The notes: generated from the letters alone by a model not told the origin. A stretch of DNA of 64,000 bases from Octopus vulgaris (GCA_951406725.2 OX597821.1:103788001-103852000); one strand, 5' to 3'; positions 39,545-54,440 are shown, counted from the first letter of the stretch. Numbers and translations: made by a program.

Positions 39545-40154
39545 GTTGCCCTCTCTCTCTCTTTCTCTCTCTCTTTCTCTTTCTCTCTCTCTCTTTCTCC
39601 CTCCCTCCCTCTCTCTCTCTCTCTCTGTATGTGCATAGGATTTTCTGTCTGTCTGTCTCTCTGTCTGTCTCTGTCTCTCTGTCTCTCTGTCTCTCTCTGT
39701 CTCTCTGTCTCTCTCTGTCTCTCTGTCCGTTTCTGTCTCCCTGTCTGTATCTGCCTCTGCCTCTGCCTCTCTGTCCTTTCCTGCATTGCTGTCTGCTTTT
39801 CTGCTTCTTTGTCAGAATCACTTCTTCCTCTTTTCTAGTCACGTGTGCAGTCTCTCTCTCTCTCTCTCTCTTCCTCTCTTTCTCTCACATTTTGTGTGTT
39901 TCTCTTTATGCATGTCTATGCCCTGTATGTGTGTGTGTTATACGTGCTTGTGTTCTCAAGAGCAACAAAACGATTAAGACGCTCTCCACCTCACCGTCTC
40001 TCTCTCTCTCTCTCTCTCTTCCTGAGTCTCTCTCTGCTATCGTTTTTCTTTCATTTTATGTAGTTCTCATTGCGTCTGCTATGGACAGTGAACAGTTCTG
40101 CATGTTCGCATTAGCGTGTGTGTAAGACAGATACAGAAAATAAGTCTCCATTTT

Positions 40155-40188
<34 letters not shown>

Positions 40189-41425
40189 GCTGTCTTTCTT
40201 TGATGCCTTTCTCTCAGTCTCTCTCTGTATATTTCTTTTACTCCCTCTTTGTCTCCTTCCCTCCTTCTGTCTTTTCGCCTGTCAGCCTGTCTCTCCCCCT
40301 ACCTCTCACGTCTCTCTCACACTCTCCCTCTCTTCTTCGCTCTCTTTCTCTCTGTTTTGTCTTTATCTGTTTGTGTCTCTCTTTCCCTCTCTCTCTCTGC
40401 CTTTCTCTCGATCTGTCTTTCTCTCTCTCTCTTTCTGCCTTTCATTCTCTCTTTCTATAACACTCTCTCTTCCTTGCTCTCTTTCTGTCCGTTTTTGTCT
40501 ATTTGTGTCTCTCTTTCTCTCTCTTCTCTTTCTCACTTTTTCCCCCTGTCACTACGTTTCTCTTTGTCTGACCTTTCCTCTCTCACCCACTTCCTCTCTA
40601 TCTCTATCCGTCTCATTCTTTTTCTCTCTCTTCTCACTCTCTCCTTGTCACTGCGTCTCCATCTGACTCTCTTTTTCTCTCCCTCTCACTTCTCTCTTAT
40701 ACTCCCCCTCTCTCTGTTCTCTGTTTCTCTTTTTACTGTTTCACTTTCTCTCTCACTCTCTCTGTCAATCTCTGTCTCTCCCCTATCTCTCTCTGCGTCT
40801 CCATCCATCTGCCCCTCACCCTCCCTCTTACCTCTCATACACTCTTTCTCTTTTCCTCACTTTCTGTTTCTATCTGTCCGTCTGTCTGTTTGCTGTCTCT
40901 CTTCCCTCTCCCTCCCACTTTCTCAATTTCATTCCTCTCCCCACCACTCTCTCACACTCTCCCCTCTCTCTCTCCCTTACTATCTCTGTCTCTTTTACTG
41001 TTTCTCTTTCCCCCCTCTCTCTCTCTCTCACACACTCTCTCTCTCTGTCTCTGCGTCTCCATTCATCTCTCCCTCCCTCTCTCCACCACTCTCTCACACT
41101 GTCCACTCTCTCTCTCTCTTATTATTTCTGTCTCTTTTACTGTTTCTCTTTCCCCCTCTCACTCTCTCTCTGTCTCTGCGTCTCCATTAATCTGTCCCTC
41201 TCTCTCTCTCCATCTCACCTCTTTCACACTCTCCCCTCTCTCTCCCTTACTATCTCTGTCTCTTTTACTGTTTCTCTTTCTCCCCTTCTCTGTCTCTCAC
41301 TCTCTCTCTTTCTCTGCGTCTCCATTCATCTGTCCCTCCCTCTCCATCTCACCTCTTTCATACTCCTTCTCTCTTCCTCTCACTCTCTCTCTCTCTCTGC
41401 CTCTGTCCTTCTGTCCGTCTGGCTG

Positions 41426-41456
<31 letters not shown>

Positions 41457-41505
41457 TTCCTCACCTCTCCCTTCTCTCACACTGACTCTCCCTCCCCCCT
41501 TCTCC
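39545..41505. repeat. ~2-kb polypyrimidine (CT-rich) tract with internal imperfect repeats
   Basis: Direct inspection; CTCTGCGTCTCCAT recurs. Confidence 0.9.
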
Positions 41506-41805
41506 CTCGTATATAACAGTGTGTGTCTGTCAGCCTCCTTCGCTTTATACTTTTCGCTCCTCGTCGGACAGACACCGTCGTTGAATCTCGCTCTGCCGTC
41601 GTCGTTGCGTTTACTCTTTTGTAATTAATGGTTCTAGTGTTGATACACGGCAGGTGTCATTGCGTGTGTGCAGCACAAAGTGTGTGTATTAGCTAGTGAT
41701 GTGTGTGTGTGTGTGCATGTGTGTATGTATGTGTGTGAACTTGTGTTTACGTGTGTGCGTTTGTGTGAGTGTTAATATGTTAGTGTAAGCCAGTTTGAAT
41801 GGGAT

Positions 41806-41990
41806 GTGTGTGTCAGTGTGTGTGTATGTATGTGATGTGTGTGTCAGTGTGTGTATGTATGTGATGTGTGTGTCAGTGTGTGTATGTATGTGATGTGTGT
41901 GTCAGTGTGTGTATGTATGTGATGTGTGTGTCAGTGTGTGTATGTATGTGATGTGTGTGTCGGTGTGTGTACGTATGTGATGTGTGTGTG
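41806..41990. repeat. ~29-bp minisatellite (about 6 copies) at the start of a 4-kb GT-rich tract
   Basis: TCAGTGTGTGTATGTATGTGATGTGTGTG repeated. Confidence 0.9.
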
Positions 41991-42366
41991 TTTCTCTGTG
42001 CATGTCAATGTGTGTATGTGTATGCTATGTGTGTGTGTGTTTCTGTGCGATTGTGTATTTGTGCATCTAAGTGTTGTGTGACTGCTTCTGTGTGCGTGTG
42101 TGTGTGTATGTGCGTGCATCAGTGTGTTTATGTATATGTTCTGTGTGTGTGTGTGTGTGTGTCTTGTGGGTTTTTTGAGTGTGTGTGTGTATGTGTTGTC
42201 TGAGTGTTTCTCTGTGTGTGTGTGTCAGTGTGCTTGTGTATTCATATGCTGTGTGTTTGCGTATGTCGTGTATGTGTGTGTGTGTATGTGTTGTGTGTGT
42301 GGCTATAAGCGTATTCCGTTGCTTATGTATGTCTGCTGTACAATGCGCTACTATTTGCATGCGCGC

Positions 42367-42416
<50 letters not shown>

Positions 42417-42892
42417 ATACGACTTCCAGTGTATAGCACTATGTGTGTATGTGTCAGTGCGTGTGTTGTATGCATGTGTGTGTGCCTGAATGTATTGTGT
42501 GTGTGTATGTGTGTGTGTGTGTGTGTATGTGAGTGAAAATGTCAATATGTTTGTTGGTTCTAATAATATGAACGGACGTGTGTATAGTGTGTGCATGTGT
42601 GTGTGTGTGTTAGTATATGCGTGCATGTTAATGATGTATATGTGTATGTTGGTGTATACACGCCTCGAAGAACGTGTGCTTATTCTGTTATGTGTGTATA
42701 TACATGTGTATGCTTCTATATGTGTGAGCTCCCGTGTTTGTGCGTGTGGTACTGTGTGTGCTTGTGTGTGTGTGTGTGAATATGAGTGCGCGCATGTGTG
42801 TGCATGCATGTGCGTATGTGATATTATAGGCGTATTTCATTGCTTATATGTATGTATGTCTGCGGTACAATGCGCTATTTGCCTGCGCGCGC

Positions 42893-42936
<44 letters not shown>

Positions 42937-43649
42937 GTGCGTGTATGTGTGTGTGTGTATGTGTGTGTGTGTGACAGTATAAGCATATTTTATTGTCTAA
43001 GTGTATGTATGCGTTCCAATGTAACACAATGTGTGTGTGTGTGTATGTAGGTATGTGACTATATTTGTATGAATGCATGATACGTGTGTGTGTGTGTGTG
43101 TGTGTGGCGCAGTTTAGGCCTATTTCCCATGTTATATGTATATGTGTGTGTGTGAGTGTGTGTCTTAATCTTCTGTGTGTTTGTGTGCATGTGTGTGTTG
43201 CAGTGTAGGTATATCTCCTTCTTTATGTGTATATATGTGTGTATGTATGTGTGCGTATGTGTAGCTCTTAGTCTTCTGTGTGTATGTGTCGCTGTATACG
43301 CATATTTCCCATTTTATATGTATATGTGTGTGTGTGTAACTATGTGTGCGTATGTGTGTATATGTGTGTGTGTAAGTATGTGTGCGTATGTGTGTCTCTT
43401 AGACTTCTGTGTGTTTGTGTGCATGCGTGTGTGTCGCAGTGTAGCTTTATTTCCCATTTAATGCGTATATGTGTGTATGTCGCAGTGTAAGTATATTTCT
43501 CTCTTTATGTGTGTATGTGTGTATGTGTGTATGTGTATATATGCATGCATGTACGTAGCTCTTAGCCTTCTGTGTGTTTGTGTGTATGTGTGTGTGTCGC
43601 TGTGTTCTCATATTACTCTCTTTATGTGTATATGTGTGTGTGTGTATGT

Positions 43650-44110
43650 ATGTATGTATGTATGTATGTATGCGTGTGTATATCTCATAGTCTTCTGTCA
43701 GTACCCATGTGTATGTGTGTGTGAGTGAGTATGTATGTATGTATGTATGTATGCGTGTGTATATCTCATAGTCTTCTGTCAGTACCCATGTGTATGTGTG
43801 TGTGAGTGAGTATGTATGTAAGTATGTATGTATGCGTGTGTATATCTCATAGTCTTCTGTCAGTACCCATGTGTATGTGTGTGTGAGTGAGTATGTATGT
43901 ATGTATGTATGTATGCGTGTGTATATCTCATAGTCTTCTGTCAGTACCCATGTGTATGTGTGTGTGAGTGAGTATGTATGTAAGTATGTATGTATGCGTG
44001 TGTATATCTCATAGTCTTCTGTCAGTACCCATGTGTATGTGTGTGTGAGTGAGTATGTATGTATGTATGCGTGTGTATATCTCATAGTCTTCTGTCAGTA
44101 CCCATGTGTA
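43650..44110. repeat. 81-bp minisatellite, about 6 near-identical copies
   Basis: CATAGTCTTCTGTCAGTACCCATG recurs at 81-bp intervals (GTACCC at 43701, 43782, 43863, 43944, 44025). Confidence 0.95.
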
Positions 44111-44459
44111 CGTGTGTTTGTGTGTGCGTGTGTGTAAACGTTCCCACATTAACAATCGTATTGTGTGAATTGCGTGTGTGAAGTTCATATAAGGTGATGC
44201 ATACGGCTGCAGATATCTAGATGCACATATCGAGTTGTATGCACGTCTTCATGCCAGTGTCTTGAGTCTATGCGACTGCACAAGCGTTGGCATGGATGTC
44301 TGGTAAGAAGCTTGCTTCCCAACCACATGGTTCAAGGTTCGCTCCAGCATCGCAGCACCTATTTTTTCCTTCTGTACACCCCACTGAATTTCTTTCTTTA
44401 TTTCTCTATTGCTCCTGCTGCTACAGTTGTTGTTGTTGTTGTTGTTGTTATTATTATCA

Positions 44460-44640
44460 TTATTATACATCTCTTTCTTTTCTCTCCTTGTTTCATTCTG
44501 TGTTCCTTTCTTTGGAAGAGCGTTGGCTTGAAACGTTAAAGACTATTTCACTTCCCGAGCGTTAAACTAATACATCTGTTTGTTGTCTACACCACCTGTC
44601 TTCATCTTTTTTTTTTTTTTGTATGTGAATTTTCCCCATA
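44460..44640 (+). mobile_element. Penelope-like terminal fragment with degenerate hammerhead-like motif, ending at a TA-rich tract
   Basis: GGAAGAGC gttg GCTT GAAACGTT AAAGAC...TTCCCGAGCG; same layout as 6530-6652. Confidence 0.5.
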
Positions 44641-44842
44641 TGTATATATATATATATATACATACATACATACATACATACATACGTACATACATATATA
44701 TATATATATATATATACATACATACATATATATACATATATATATATACATACATATATATATATACATATATATATACATATATATATATATACATACA
44801 TACATACATAAATACATACATACATATATATATATATATACA

Positions 44843-44878
<36 letters not shown>

Positions 44879-46056
44879 TATATACATATACATATATATA
44901 TCAAGGCGGTGCCCCAGTATGGCCGCAGTTTAGTGACTGATGCAAGCAAATAGGGAAAGAAAAAAACGTGTGTGTATCTGTGTGATTGTTTGTCATCCTA
45001 TTCCTCCGTCGTTTGGCAACCGGAGTTGGTTTGTTCACTTCCTTAATCGAATATATACCAGGCTTTAAAACGCATAAGTACTGGTGTCGATTTTATGATT
45101 AAACGCTTCAAGGTCGTGCCCCAGAATGGCCGCAGTCTAATGACTGGGAGGAGTAAAAGATATGTGTGTGTGTGTATGTGTGAGTGCATATGCATTTCTG
45201 TGTGTGAATGTTTGTGTTTGCGATTGCGTGTGTGTGTGTGTATCTGCATGCGCGTTTGTGTGCTTGTGCGCGATTGCGTGTGTATTTGTGCGTGTTTGCG
45301 TGCGCGAGTGTCAGTGCATGTGTGCCTTTTTGTACGTGCGTGCGTGTGTGTGCGTGCACGTGTGTATGTATGTGGGTGTGCGTGTGTATGTGTGTGGGTG
45401 CGCGTGGTCATGTACATGCGTGCGCTAGTGCATGTGTGTGAGTACACGTGTGAATGCGTGTAGGTGCGCGTGCGTATGTGTGCGTGTGCGCGTGAGTATG
45501 TGTGTGAATACGCGTGTGTATGTGTGTGGGTGCGCGTGTGCATGTGTGAGTGCACTAGTGCACATGTGTAAGTACGCGTGTCTATGTGTGTGGGTCTGCA
45601 TGTGTATGTGTGTGAGCGCGCGTGTGTATGTGTGTGAGTGCGCGTGTGTATGTGTGTGCTTGCGCGCGTGTTTGTGTGTGTTTGTGTCTCCGTGTGAGTA
45701 CGTGTATGTGTATGAGTGCATGTGTATATGTGTGTGTGTGCGTATCGGTGTGTGTGTTAATACGAGCGTGTATGTGCGCGCGTGTGTCGGTTGAGCATAC
45801 AAGCGTATGCGCATGTATGTGTGGATGTACCCGAGTATATATACCACGAAGTATGCAACTAAATATATAGTTCCGTACGTATATACACCTATGTGCGTGT
45901 GTATATACACATGTATGCTGGCGCGTGTTCGAGCTACGCGAGCGGGCGCGAGCGTGTGTGGCCGGTTGTGCGTAAATACACCCGCGTGTGTGCGGTGTGC
46001 GTGTGTGCGGTGTGCGTGTGTGTGTGTATATATATATGTGTTAGTGTGAGTGTGTG

Positions 46057-46127
<71 letters not shown>

Positions 46128-46456
46128 TTCTGTGTATAGAACTATACAAACATGTAAATATATGTGTTTATTCGCAGGCATGCGTATGTGTGTGTGTGCC
46201 TAGCTGTGTTTGTGTGATTCTGTGTATTATGTCTGCGTATGTGTGTGCGTATGCCAACGTGTGTGTGTATGTGTGCACCCATGAAGTAGGTGGAGGTATT
46301 TGTGAAAGAAAATGAAATCACCTGCTTTCTGTATTGTCAACTTCGTTTGTTAGAGCACCCTCTCCCCACCCCTCTCCACCCGCCATCTTTATTTTTCTTC
46401 CTTCTGTACACTCCACTAAATTTATTTCTTTATTTCTCTATCGCTCCTGTTGTTGC

Positions 46457-46493
<37 letters not shown>

Positions 46494-46503
46494 GTTGTTG
46501 TTG

Positions 46504-46550
<47 letters not shown>

Positions 46551-46590
46551 GTTGTTGTTGTTATTATTATTATTATTATTATTATTGTTG

Positions 46591-46631
<41 letters not shown>

Positions 46632-46638
46632 GTTGTTG

Positions 46639-46670
<32 letters not shown>

Positions 46671-46671
46671 G

Positions 46672-46709
<38 letters not shown>

Positions 46710-46714
46710 GTTGC

Positions 46715-46751
<37 letters not shown>

Positions 46752-46755
46752 GTTG

Positions 46756-46808
<53 letters not shown>

Positions 46809-47593
46809 TTCTTGCTTTTGTACTTATTTCTGTTTCTGATTTTTTTTTACTCCATCCTCTCCTTCTTCTCCTTCAACTCCTTCCTCTTCCTCCTCTCTTT
46901 CTTCCTCCACCTTTTCCTCCTCCCCTCCCCTAATCCCCCTCCTCATCTCCTCCACCTCCTCCTCCTTCATGCTGTTGCTGTTGTTGTCATCACCAGTCAA
47001 TTCCACCAAAATCTCTGTCTTTCTCTCTCCCTCCCCCTCATTCTCTCTTTCTCTCTGTCTCTTTCCGTTCCTCTTTCTGTCTCAGATGTCAATAAGGGAA
47101 AAACCTAGGAGGCCAATCGAGCTGCTGGAAATAACAGCAAAATCACCCATAAATTACTGCCTATCGTTTAATAAGAGAAAAAAAAAAAACGTAGACAAAA
47201 TAAAGGAGATAATATATATAAAGTCCGGCTTAGAATATGCTTGAATACAACAGAAAGAAGATGGTCATAACTGGAACGAATTTGATCATAGCTCCTGCTC
47301 AGTCGGGATTCATTCGGGCGGGACAAGAAAAGGTAAAGTCTAAGTCAGATTATTAAAACAGAAGTTTGCCACTATCTGCAAAAACTAGTAACGTAATTGT
47401 TCTCAGACTACACTCGGCCGTCTCAGAAAAAAGAACACATTGGCTAATGTGAGCTCAGATACACTATGCCTAAAGAAAAGTACTTGTCGTAGCTGGAACG
47501 TCTCTAGTGATAGGTCTACAAATTCAGGGCTGAACATGAGTTGAATACCAGCTAATTCCTCAGAAGCAGTAGCAATCGTAACAGCAACATCAC

Positions 47594-47780
47594 GTGGAGC
47601 GCAATGGCCCAGTGGTTAGGGCAGCGGACTTGCGGTCGTAAGAACGCGGTTTCGATTCCCAGACCGGGCATTGTGAGTGTTTATTGAGCAGAAACTCCTA
47701 AGCTTTACGAAGCTCCAGCGGGGAGGGGTGGCGAATCACGCCGTACTCTTTCACCACAACATTCTCTCACTCATTCTTAC
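47594..47780 (+). mobile_element. SINE family C 5' part
   Basis: TGGCCCAGTGGTTAGG / GGTTTCGATTCCC boxes. Confidence 0.85.
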
Positions 47781-48364
47781 TACTTCTGCCACAAAGCAGA
47801 GCAACTATGGTGTAACCCACTATGGTGTGGTAAACTTTCAGACCCTAGTGTAGATTGCGAATCCTCTGTACCCCAGGATGGTTCAGTTTTCCACCCGTTA
47901 AAAGCCACCGTTTACAGAATGAGGATAACAACGTAGCTTTCGCGCCCGTGCAACCGCCAGTCTATCGCGTGTGGTGAGTGGATCTGCAAGTTGCCACACG
48001 CGTTCTTAGTAGCTTAGAGTAGGCTCGAATTAGAGATTATTTTTTGTGGAAAATGGCGTGAGCCCTGATTGGAAGATGAAGATGAAGAAGAAGAAGAAGA
48101 TGAAGAAGAAGAAGAAGATGAAGAAGAAGAAGGAGAAGAAGAAGAAGAAGAAGAAGAAGAAGAAGAAGAAGAAGAAGAAAGCAACAGCAATAACAAAAAC
48201 CTGTTTCTGTCAGCCCAGCAGCTAACGTCAGCATAGTTTAACATTATCATTTTTGCTATGTTTATATGAAGTATATCATATTACATCTTTCATATTTCGT
48301 TATGTTATATCATTGCATCAGTCACAACATTTATCGCATTCACATCAATCATTTCATGATTTCA

Positions 48365-49620
48365 CACATCGTTTGTGGAAGACGCTTGCCACGTCAAGTT
48401 TAGCACATAACGTTTGACACATTGCGTTTAGCACATAACATTTGTCGCAAAACATCTACCACATTTAGTTTGGAAGGTTACGCTTGTCATTAGCCATCTG
48501 ACCTGTCGTACTCGCCACATGACATTTGTTGTAGGACGTCTGTCACATCAAGCTTGGCACATCACGTTTATCGCATATCGTAAGACATCCAATCTATCGA
48601 TCCTGACACATAACGATTGCCTCAAGATGTTTGCCACTTCAAGCTTGACACGTCACGTTTATCACTAGACACCTGTCATGTCATGCTTGACGTAAAAACG
48701 TTTGTCGTTTGACATCTATCACGTCGAGCTTGTCGCAAGATGTCTGTTGCACCATTAAGCTTGGCACATTAAGTTTGTTACAAGACATCTGGATCATCAA
48801 ACATGGCATGAGACGGTTGTCGTATGACATCTTCACACCAATCAAACATAATAAAGCTTGTCACAAATATCTGTCACGTAACGCTTGGCAAATCCCGTTT
48901 GTAGCAAAACGCTTGTAACATCAACCTTGAAATATTACGTTTGCTACAAGATGTCTGCTTCTTCAGGTTCAGCACATCGCATTTGTCTTAAAACACCTGT
49001 CATATGCTTATCGATGCATCATGATTTTGTTTTGTTATTCTTTTTGCCCAAACAGGGCCCGAGGCTTCTGTAACGTTAGAACTGCAAAAAGGAAAAGAAG
49101 AGTCATACAAACTCCAAAGATATCGATTGACAGAATGCTTAAAAGCCTGAACGTTATAGAAGAGATGAGATCAAGACGATAGTAGTGAATACATGAGAAT
49201 AAAATTTTGAGGAAAGAAATTAAAATACAAAGACTTTTCACAATCAGGAAGCTCAACAGAGAAACAATGGACCTGGGAAAAGAAGCCAATGACGCATTTA
49301 AATGGCTTGATAGAATGTACTAGAGGATACTTAATATTTGTCGCAAGAAATATGGCCCGACATGCTAGGCACGTCTGTTTGTCATATGATATTGTTTATG
49401 CCAAGCTTAGCCTATCACATTATACACGTTGTTCTCTACTAGTATTTGTCTCGTATCGGTCACATCATATCAATCTCATCCTCTGTGTTATATATCACAT
49501 ATGACATCACGTCTGTTACATCTCTCATATAACATCTCCGCGTCACATAACTTGCGACACATTAAGCGTGACACATAAACGTCCATCAGAGTATGACTGA
49601 CACCACTTGTCACAATATAT
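48365..49620. repeat. Old degenerate tandem array (14-bp subunits, ~42-bp higher order), interrupted at ~49040-49320
   Basis: Approximate consensus GTTTGTCGCAAGAC-ATCTGTCACATCAA-GCTTGGCACATAAC seen repeatedly. Confidence 0.7.
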
Positions 49621-50196
49621 TAATCATATCACAAAAATAATGGATTGATATCAGTCATTGCATGTTTCGTCACTTTTATGATTGGTATCTTTCGGATGCC
49701 TTTAGCATCATCGCACCTGTATTCGGGTTTATTCTCCTGTCTACTATTATTATTGTCAACGCTCACCTCATTGCATCTTCAATTCTCTGCCATCACATTT
49801 TTCAACTTCATATATGACATTTAATATCCCTTGTCAACGTCCTCTCATCATCTAACTCATCACATCTGTCATCTCTAATTTCTTCCTCAGCTATCACTTA
49901 GTGGACGTGTCTATGTTATTCCTCTCAGCAGGCATTGATATGACAATTGCAATATCTAACATCCCTGTCATATTAATATCAGTACATGTGGTCAGTCAAT
50001 ATGCCAGCAGCAACGATATTGTTTAGAAAAAGGTTGAGGTATAGAAAATATAATAACTTGAATATATTAAAAAAAACTATTGTAATAGTATGGTGTAATA
50101 TAGTATATAGCAATACCTTGCTGAAAGAATGCTGTGACTAAGACATGGCAAGGTAGAGGCTAATAAACGAATTAAAGTATATTGAGACTTAGCAAT

Positions 50197-50410
50197 ATTC
50201 TTTTACTTGTTTCAGTCATTTGACTGTGGCCATGCTGGAGCACCGCCTTTAGTCGCGCAAAGCGACCCCAGGACTTATTCTTTGTACGCCTAGTACTTAT
50301 CCACTCGTATATGTATATATGTATATATATATATACATACGACGGGCTTCTTTCAGCTTCCGTCAACCAAATCCACTCACAAGGCTTTGGTCGACCCGAG
50401 GCTATAGTAC
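50197..50410 (-). mobile_element. SINE family A, internally deleted
   Basis: Tail and core motifs both present. Confidence 0.8.
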
Positions 50411-50919
50411 GCCTATACCTCTATGTTATGCTCGAAATTTGCAATTCGCCACATCCACTCTGCTAGTGGCTGTATTCTAGATATCCACCTGTCGTACTCT
50501 TGTTCATAAACACATGCTATCTATGCCCGTCCTTTGTCTCAGACACTCAGCGATCAGTTGTGCTCCCTTTACAAGTTACTCCTTGTTAATACTCAGACTC
50601 CTTACTACTGTCGCTCTCTCTAAAGACATAAAGGCTCCAAACACTTCATAACTTGTAATTAATTGTATTTTGCACTCCAGCCAACCAATGATTCTCTACA
50701 TCGTATATGAGGTTATTCTACATGGTAAACATAGCAGCTAAATCCCTTTCAAATCACACCCTACTTTCTTAAAATAGATGTCATGATGGATAATGAAATT
50801 CTGATAACAATAGTTTTGTAAACAGGAAGGGAATAGAGCAAAAATAAAAAAAAAAAGTGATTTGAAATCGTGAATGCTATTAATCATAAAGCCGCTCAAT
50901 CAATGTCAAATATAATATC

Positions 50920-51238
50920 GCCATGATGATGATGATGATGATGAATGACGATGATGATGATGACGACGACGACGACGACGATGATGATGATGATGATGAA
51001 GATCAGGATCATGATCATCATCATCATAATCGCCGTCGTTCGCTGTTGCCCTTAACCCCTTCGTCATCGCCATCTACATCCGCCTCCTTATAATCATCGT
51101 CGTCGTCGTCGCCATCGCGTTCGTTGTCGTCACCAGCCTCGTCGTCAGCTTCGCTTTTGCCCCGCCGTCGTTGTCTTCGTCCTCGTTGTAAACGTCGTTA
51201 TTATCATAATTCCCATCATCATCATCATCATCACCATT

Positions 51239-51278
<40 letters not shown>

Positions 51279-51283
51279 CCATT

Positions 51284-51323
<40 letters not shown>

Positions 51324-51381
51324 ACATCATCATCAACATCATCATCATCATCATCATCATCGTCATCATCATCATCATCAA

Positions 51382-51422
<41 letters not shown>

Positions 51423-51478
51423 CCATCTTCGTCGTCATCATATTTATTATCACCATCGTTCTCATTATTATCAACATC

Positions 51479-51512
<34 letters not shown>

Positions 51513-51515
51513 ACC
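50920..51515. repeat. (GAT)/(CAT)/(CAG) trinucleotide microsatellite block
   Basis: Direct inspection. Confidence 0.95.
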
Positions 51516-51912
51516 ATCTTAACAGCAAAAAAAAAAATGTCTGCGCTCTTTACAACTTACTCACACTCACACTCACACTCAAGCAAAACTTGTACTCAAC
51601 ACACATAAAATACGGCAGTTAGTTAAACAGTTGCATGTTGCTAAATTGTAATGCGTATAAATCAAATCACATCTCTTGAAACCCCCATGCGTGTGACCCC
51701 TTTAAATGCAAGATGCGCATACAAAAGCACACACACAATGGGTATATGCAAATATAAATGGCCACATACTGCACATATAACAAAACAGTATTGTAATGTT
51801 GTGTACGGTGACTATTTGCATAAACGAATCAATTTACATTCATTGCCAGTGTGAACTCTGTTCATTGTTGTGCGTGCATGCGTTTATTAAGTATATCATA
51901 GGCAGTAATATA

Positions 51913-52150
51913 CAGGGTGGCCCAAAAGAAGGTTTACAGTTATCACACGTAGACACTTTAAATTTCTTTTAAATCACTTTATTACATTTAAATTTCTACC
52001 TTACAACCTGAAAAGGGCGCTTGACAAAATTAACTTAATTAGCATAGATTAATGGTTTCATATTTTTTTATAATTAAGATCTAAATTGTTAGTATATGAA
52101 AGCAAAAAAAAATAGCTGAATAACTGTAAACCCACTTTTGCGCCACGCTG
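51913..52150. mobile_element. Tc1/mariner-type MITE
   Basis: TA|CAGGGTGGCCCAAAAGAAGGTTTACAGTTAT ... ATAACTGTAAACCCACTTTTGCGCCACGCTG: imperfect ~31-bp TIRs, non-coding interior. Confidence 0.8.
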
Positions 52151-52153
52151 AAT

Positions 52154-52246
<93 letters not shown>

Positions 52247-52297
52247 CACACACACACACTCATACAGACACACACACATATATTGTTTTATTCTTCT

Positions 52298-52686
52298 TTT
52301 CTTTTACTTGTTTCAGTCATTTGACTGCGGCCACGCTTGTGTTCAAGAAATCGACCCTAGGACTTATTCGCCGTAAGCCTGGTAATTCTATCGATCTCTT
52401 TTGTCGAAGCGCTATGTTACGGGATCGCAAATACACCAGCATGGCTTGTCAAACGATGGTAGGAAACACACACACACACACACACACACATACAGACACA
52501 TACGCACACACACGCAAACACACACAAACACGCGCGCGATGGGATTCTATTCAGTTTCTGTCCACTCACAAGGCTTTGGTCAACGCTATAGTAGAAAACA
52601 CTTGCCCAAGGTACCACTCAGCGGGACTGAATCCAGAACCATGTGGTTGGAAAGCAAGCTTCTTACCACACGGCTACACATGCGCC
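52298..52686 (-). mobile_element. SINE family A
   Basis: Head, core and tail all recognisable. Confidence 0.85.
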
Positions 52687-52810
52687 TACATGTTTCATGA
52701 TTACGGCCATGCTGGGGCACAGCCTTGAAGAGATTTTTGTCGAAGGAATTGTGCACAGTACTTATCATTTGAATCTAAAGACTGTTACTTAATGTATCGA
52801 TCTCTTTGTT

Positions 52811-52843
<33 letters not shown>

Positions 52844-52884
52844 ATATATATAAATGTAATATGTGACTATTACTCGGTAGCCAT

Positions 52885-52945
52885 GATAAAACTCCGAGTT
52901 TTGGATGCCGAGGTAGAAATCCACGGCACCATCACTTCAGTTATC
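52885..52945 (-). ncRNA. Decayed type I hammerhead in a ~200-bp island between TA-rich tracts
   Basis: Minus strand: GATAA-CTGAAGT-gatgGTGCCG..CGGCATcc-AAAA-CTCGGAG-TT-TTATC; three stems retained, core changed at A9 and G12. Confidence 0.55.
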
Positions 52946-53047
52946 TGGCCATCGGAAAAATGCTATAAAAAATGACCGTTATACAAAGGGAAATTACTGT
53001 GTTATTGACCGCTATTAAGAAAAAAGAGCTATTTGAATGACCGCGCG

Positions 53048-53232
<185 letters not shown>

Positions 53233-53276
53233 CGTACATATATGTATATATATATATATATATATACGTACATATA

Positions 53277-53307
<31 letters not shown>

Positions 53308-53550
53308 CATTTGTGCTCGTCTGTGTGTAATGTATGTATGTATATATATATTATTTGCCTATATGTGTGTATATATATTTACACACATACATACATATAT
53401 TTGCTACAAATTTTGGGATAACTTCGTGGGTGGGGCGAGCTAGTCGATTACATACATCCATATATTTATAAGTGCATATATATATGTATCTATATCTATA
53501 TCTATAACTATCGATCTATCTATCTACCTATCTATCTAACTATCTATCTA

Positions 53551-53584
<34 letters not shown>

Positions 53585-54223
53585 CATACACACACATACA
53601 TATATATACACACACACATATATATATATACACAATCACATATATACACACATTTATATACATACATATATATATATGAATATATGTATATAAATATGAA
53701 TGCATATACATACGTGTATATATATATTATATATATATATATACATACATATATATATGAATATATGTATATAAATATGAATGCATATACATACGTGTAT
53801 ATATATTATATATATATATATACATACATATATATATGAATATATGTATATAAATATGTATGCATATATATATATATATAACATGACTACATTCTCATAA
53901 AACAAGCACGTTCGTACAGATGCTATCTCACACACACAGATGTGTGCGCGCGCGTTAGTTGTATATGCCATGGCGGGCTTATTGGAGATAATGGCGACTG
54001 CAGTGGTGGACAGTGAGAGAGGACAGGTGGTCGATGCATGCTGTTGTTGGCTGACATTCTTGGTGACAGGGTGGGGGACGGGTAGCGAGCAGGTGTCGGC
54101 TGCCTGTGCAGGTGCGAGCGAAAGCCGTTAACCGAAGAGATGGTTTCCTGATGTCTTGTGTAAACTTGGTTGACAAAGTACGATAGATGACGAGAGGAGC
54201 CTCTTGCAGATGAACAGCCAGTG

Positions 54224-54274
<51 letters not shown>

Positions 54275-54399
54275 TAGTAGGTAGGAGGGATTAGTATTGG
54301 TTGTGGTAGTTGTGGTAGTAGTAATAGTAGTATTAGTAGTAGAAGAAGCAGAAAGTGCGTGAGGGTTTAAAAGATAAAGGGAGATAAAAAGGGTGAGAG

Positions 54400-54440
<41 letters not shown>

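Noticed and set aside
43447-44085. 212-aa ORF with a 27-aa repeat; CRISPR-like periodicity
   Set aside because: 81-bp minisatellite with near-identical units and no unique spacers; eukaryotic context.
53940-54230. GC-rich island with short ORFs on both strands
   Set aside because: No recognisable domain or consistent splice signals.
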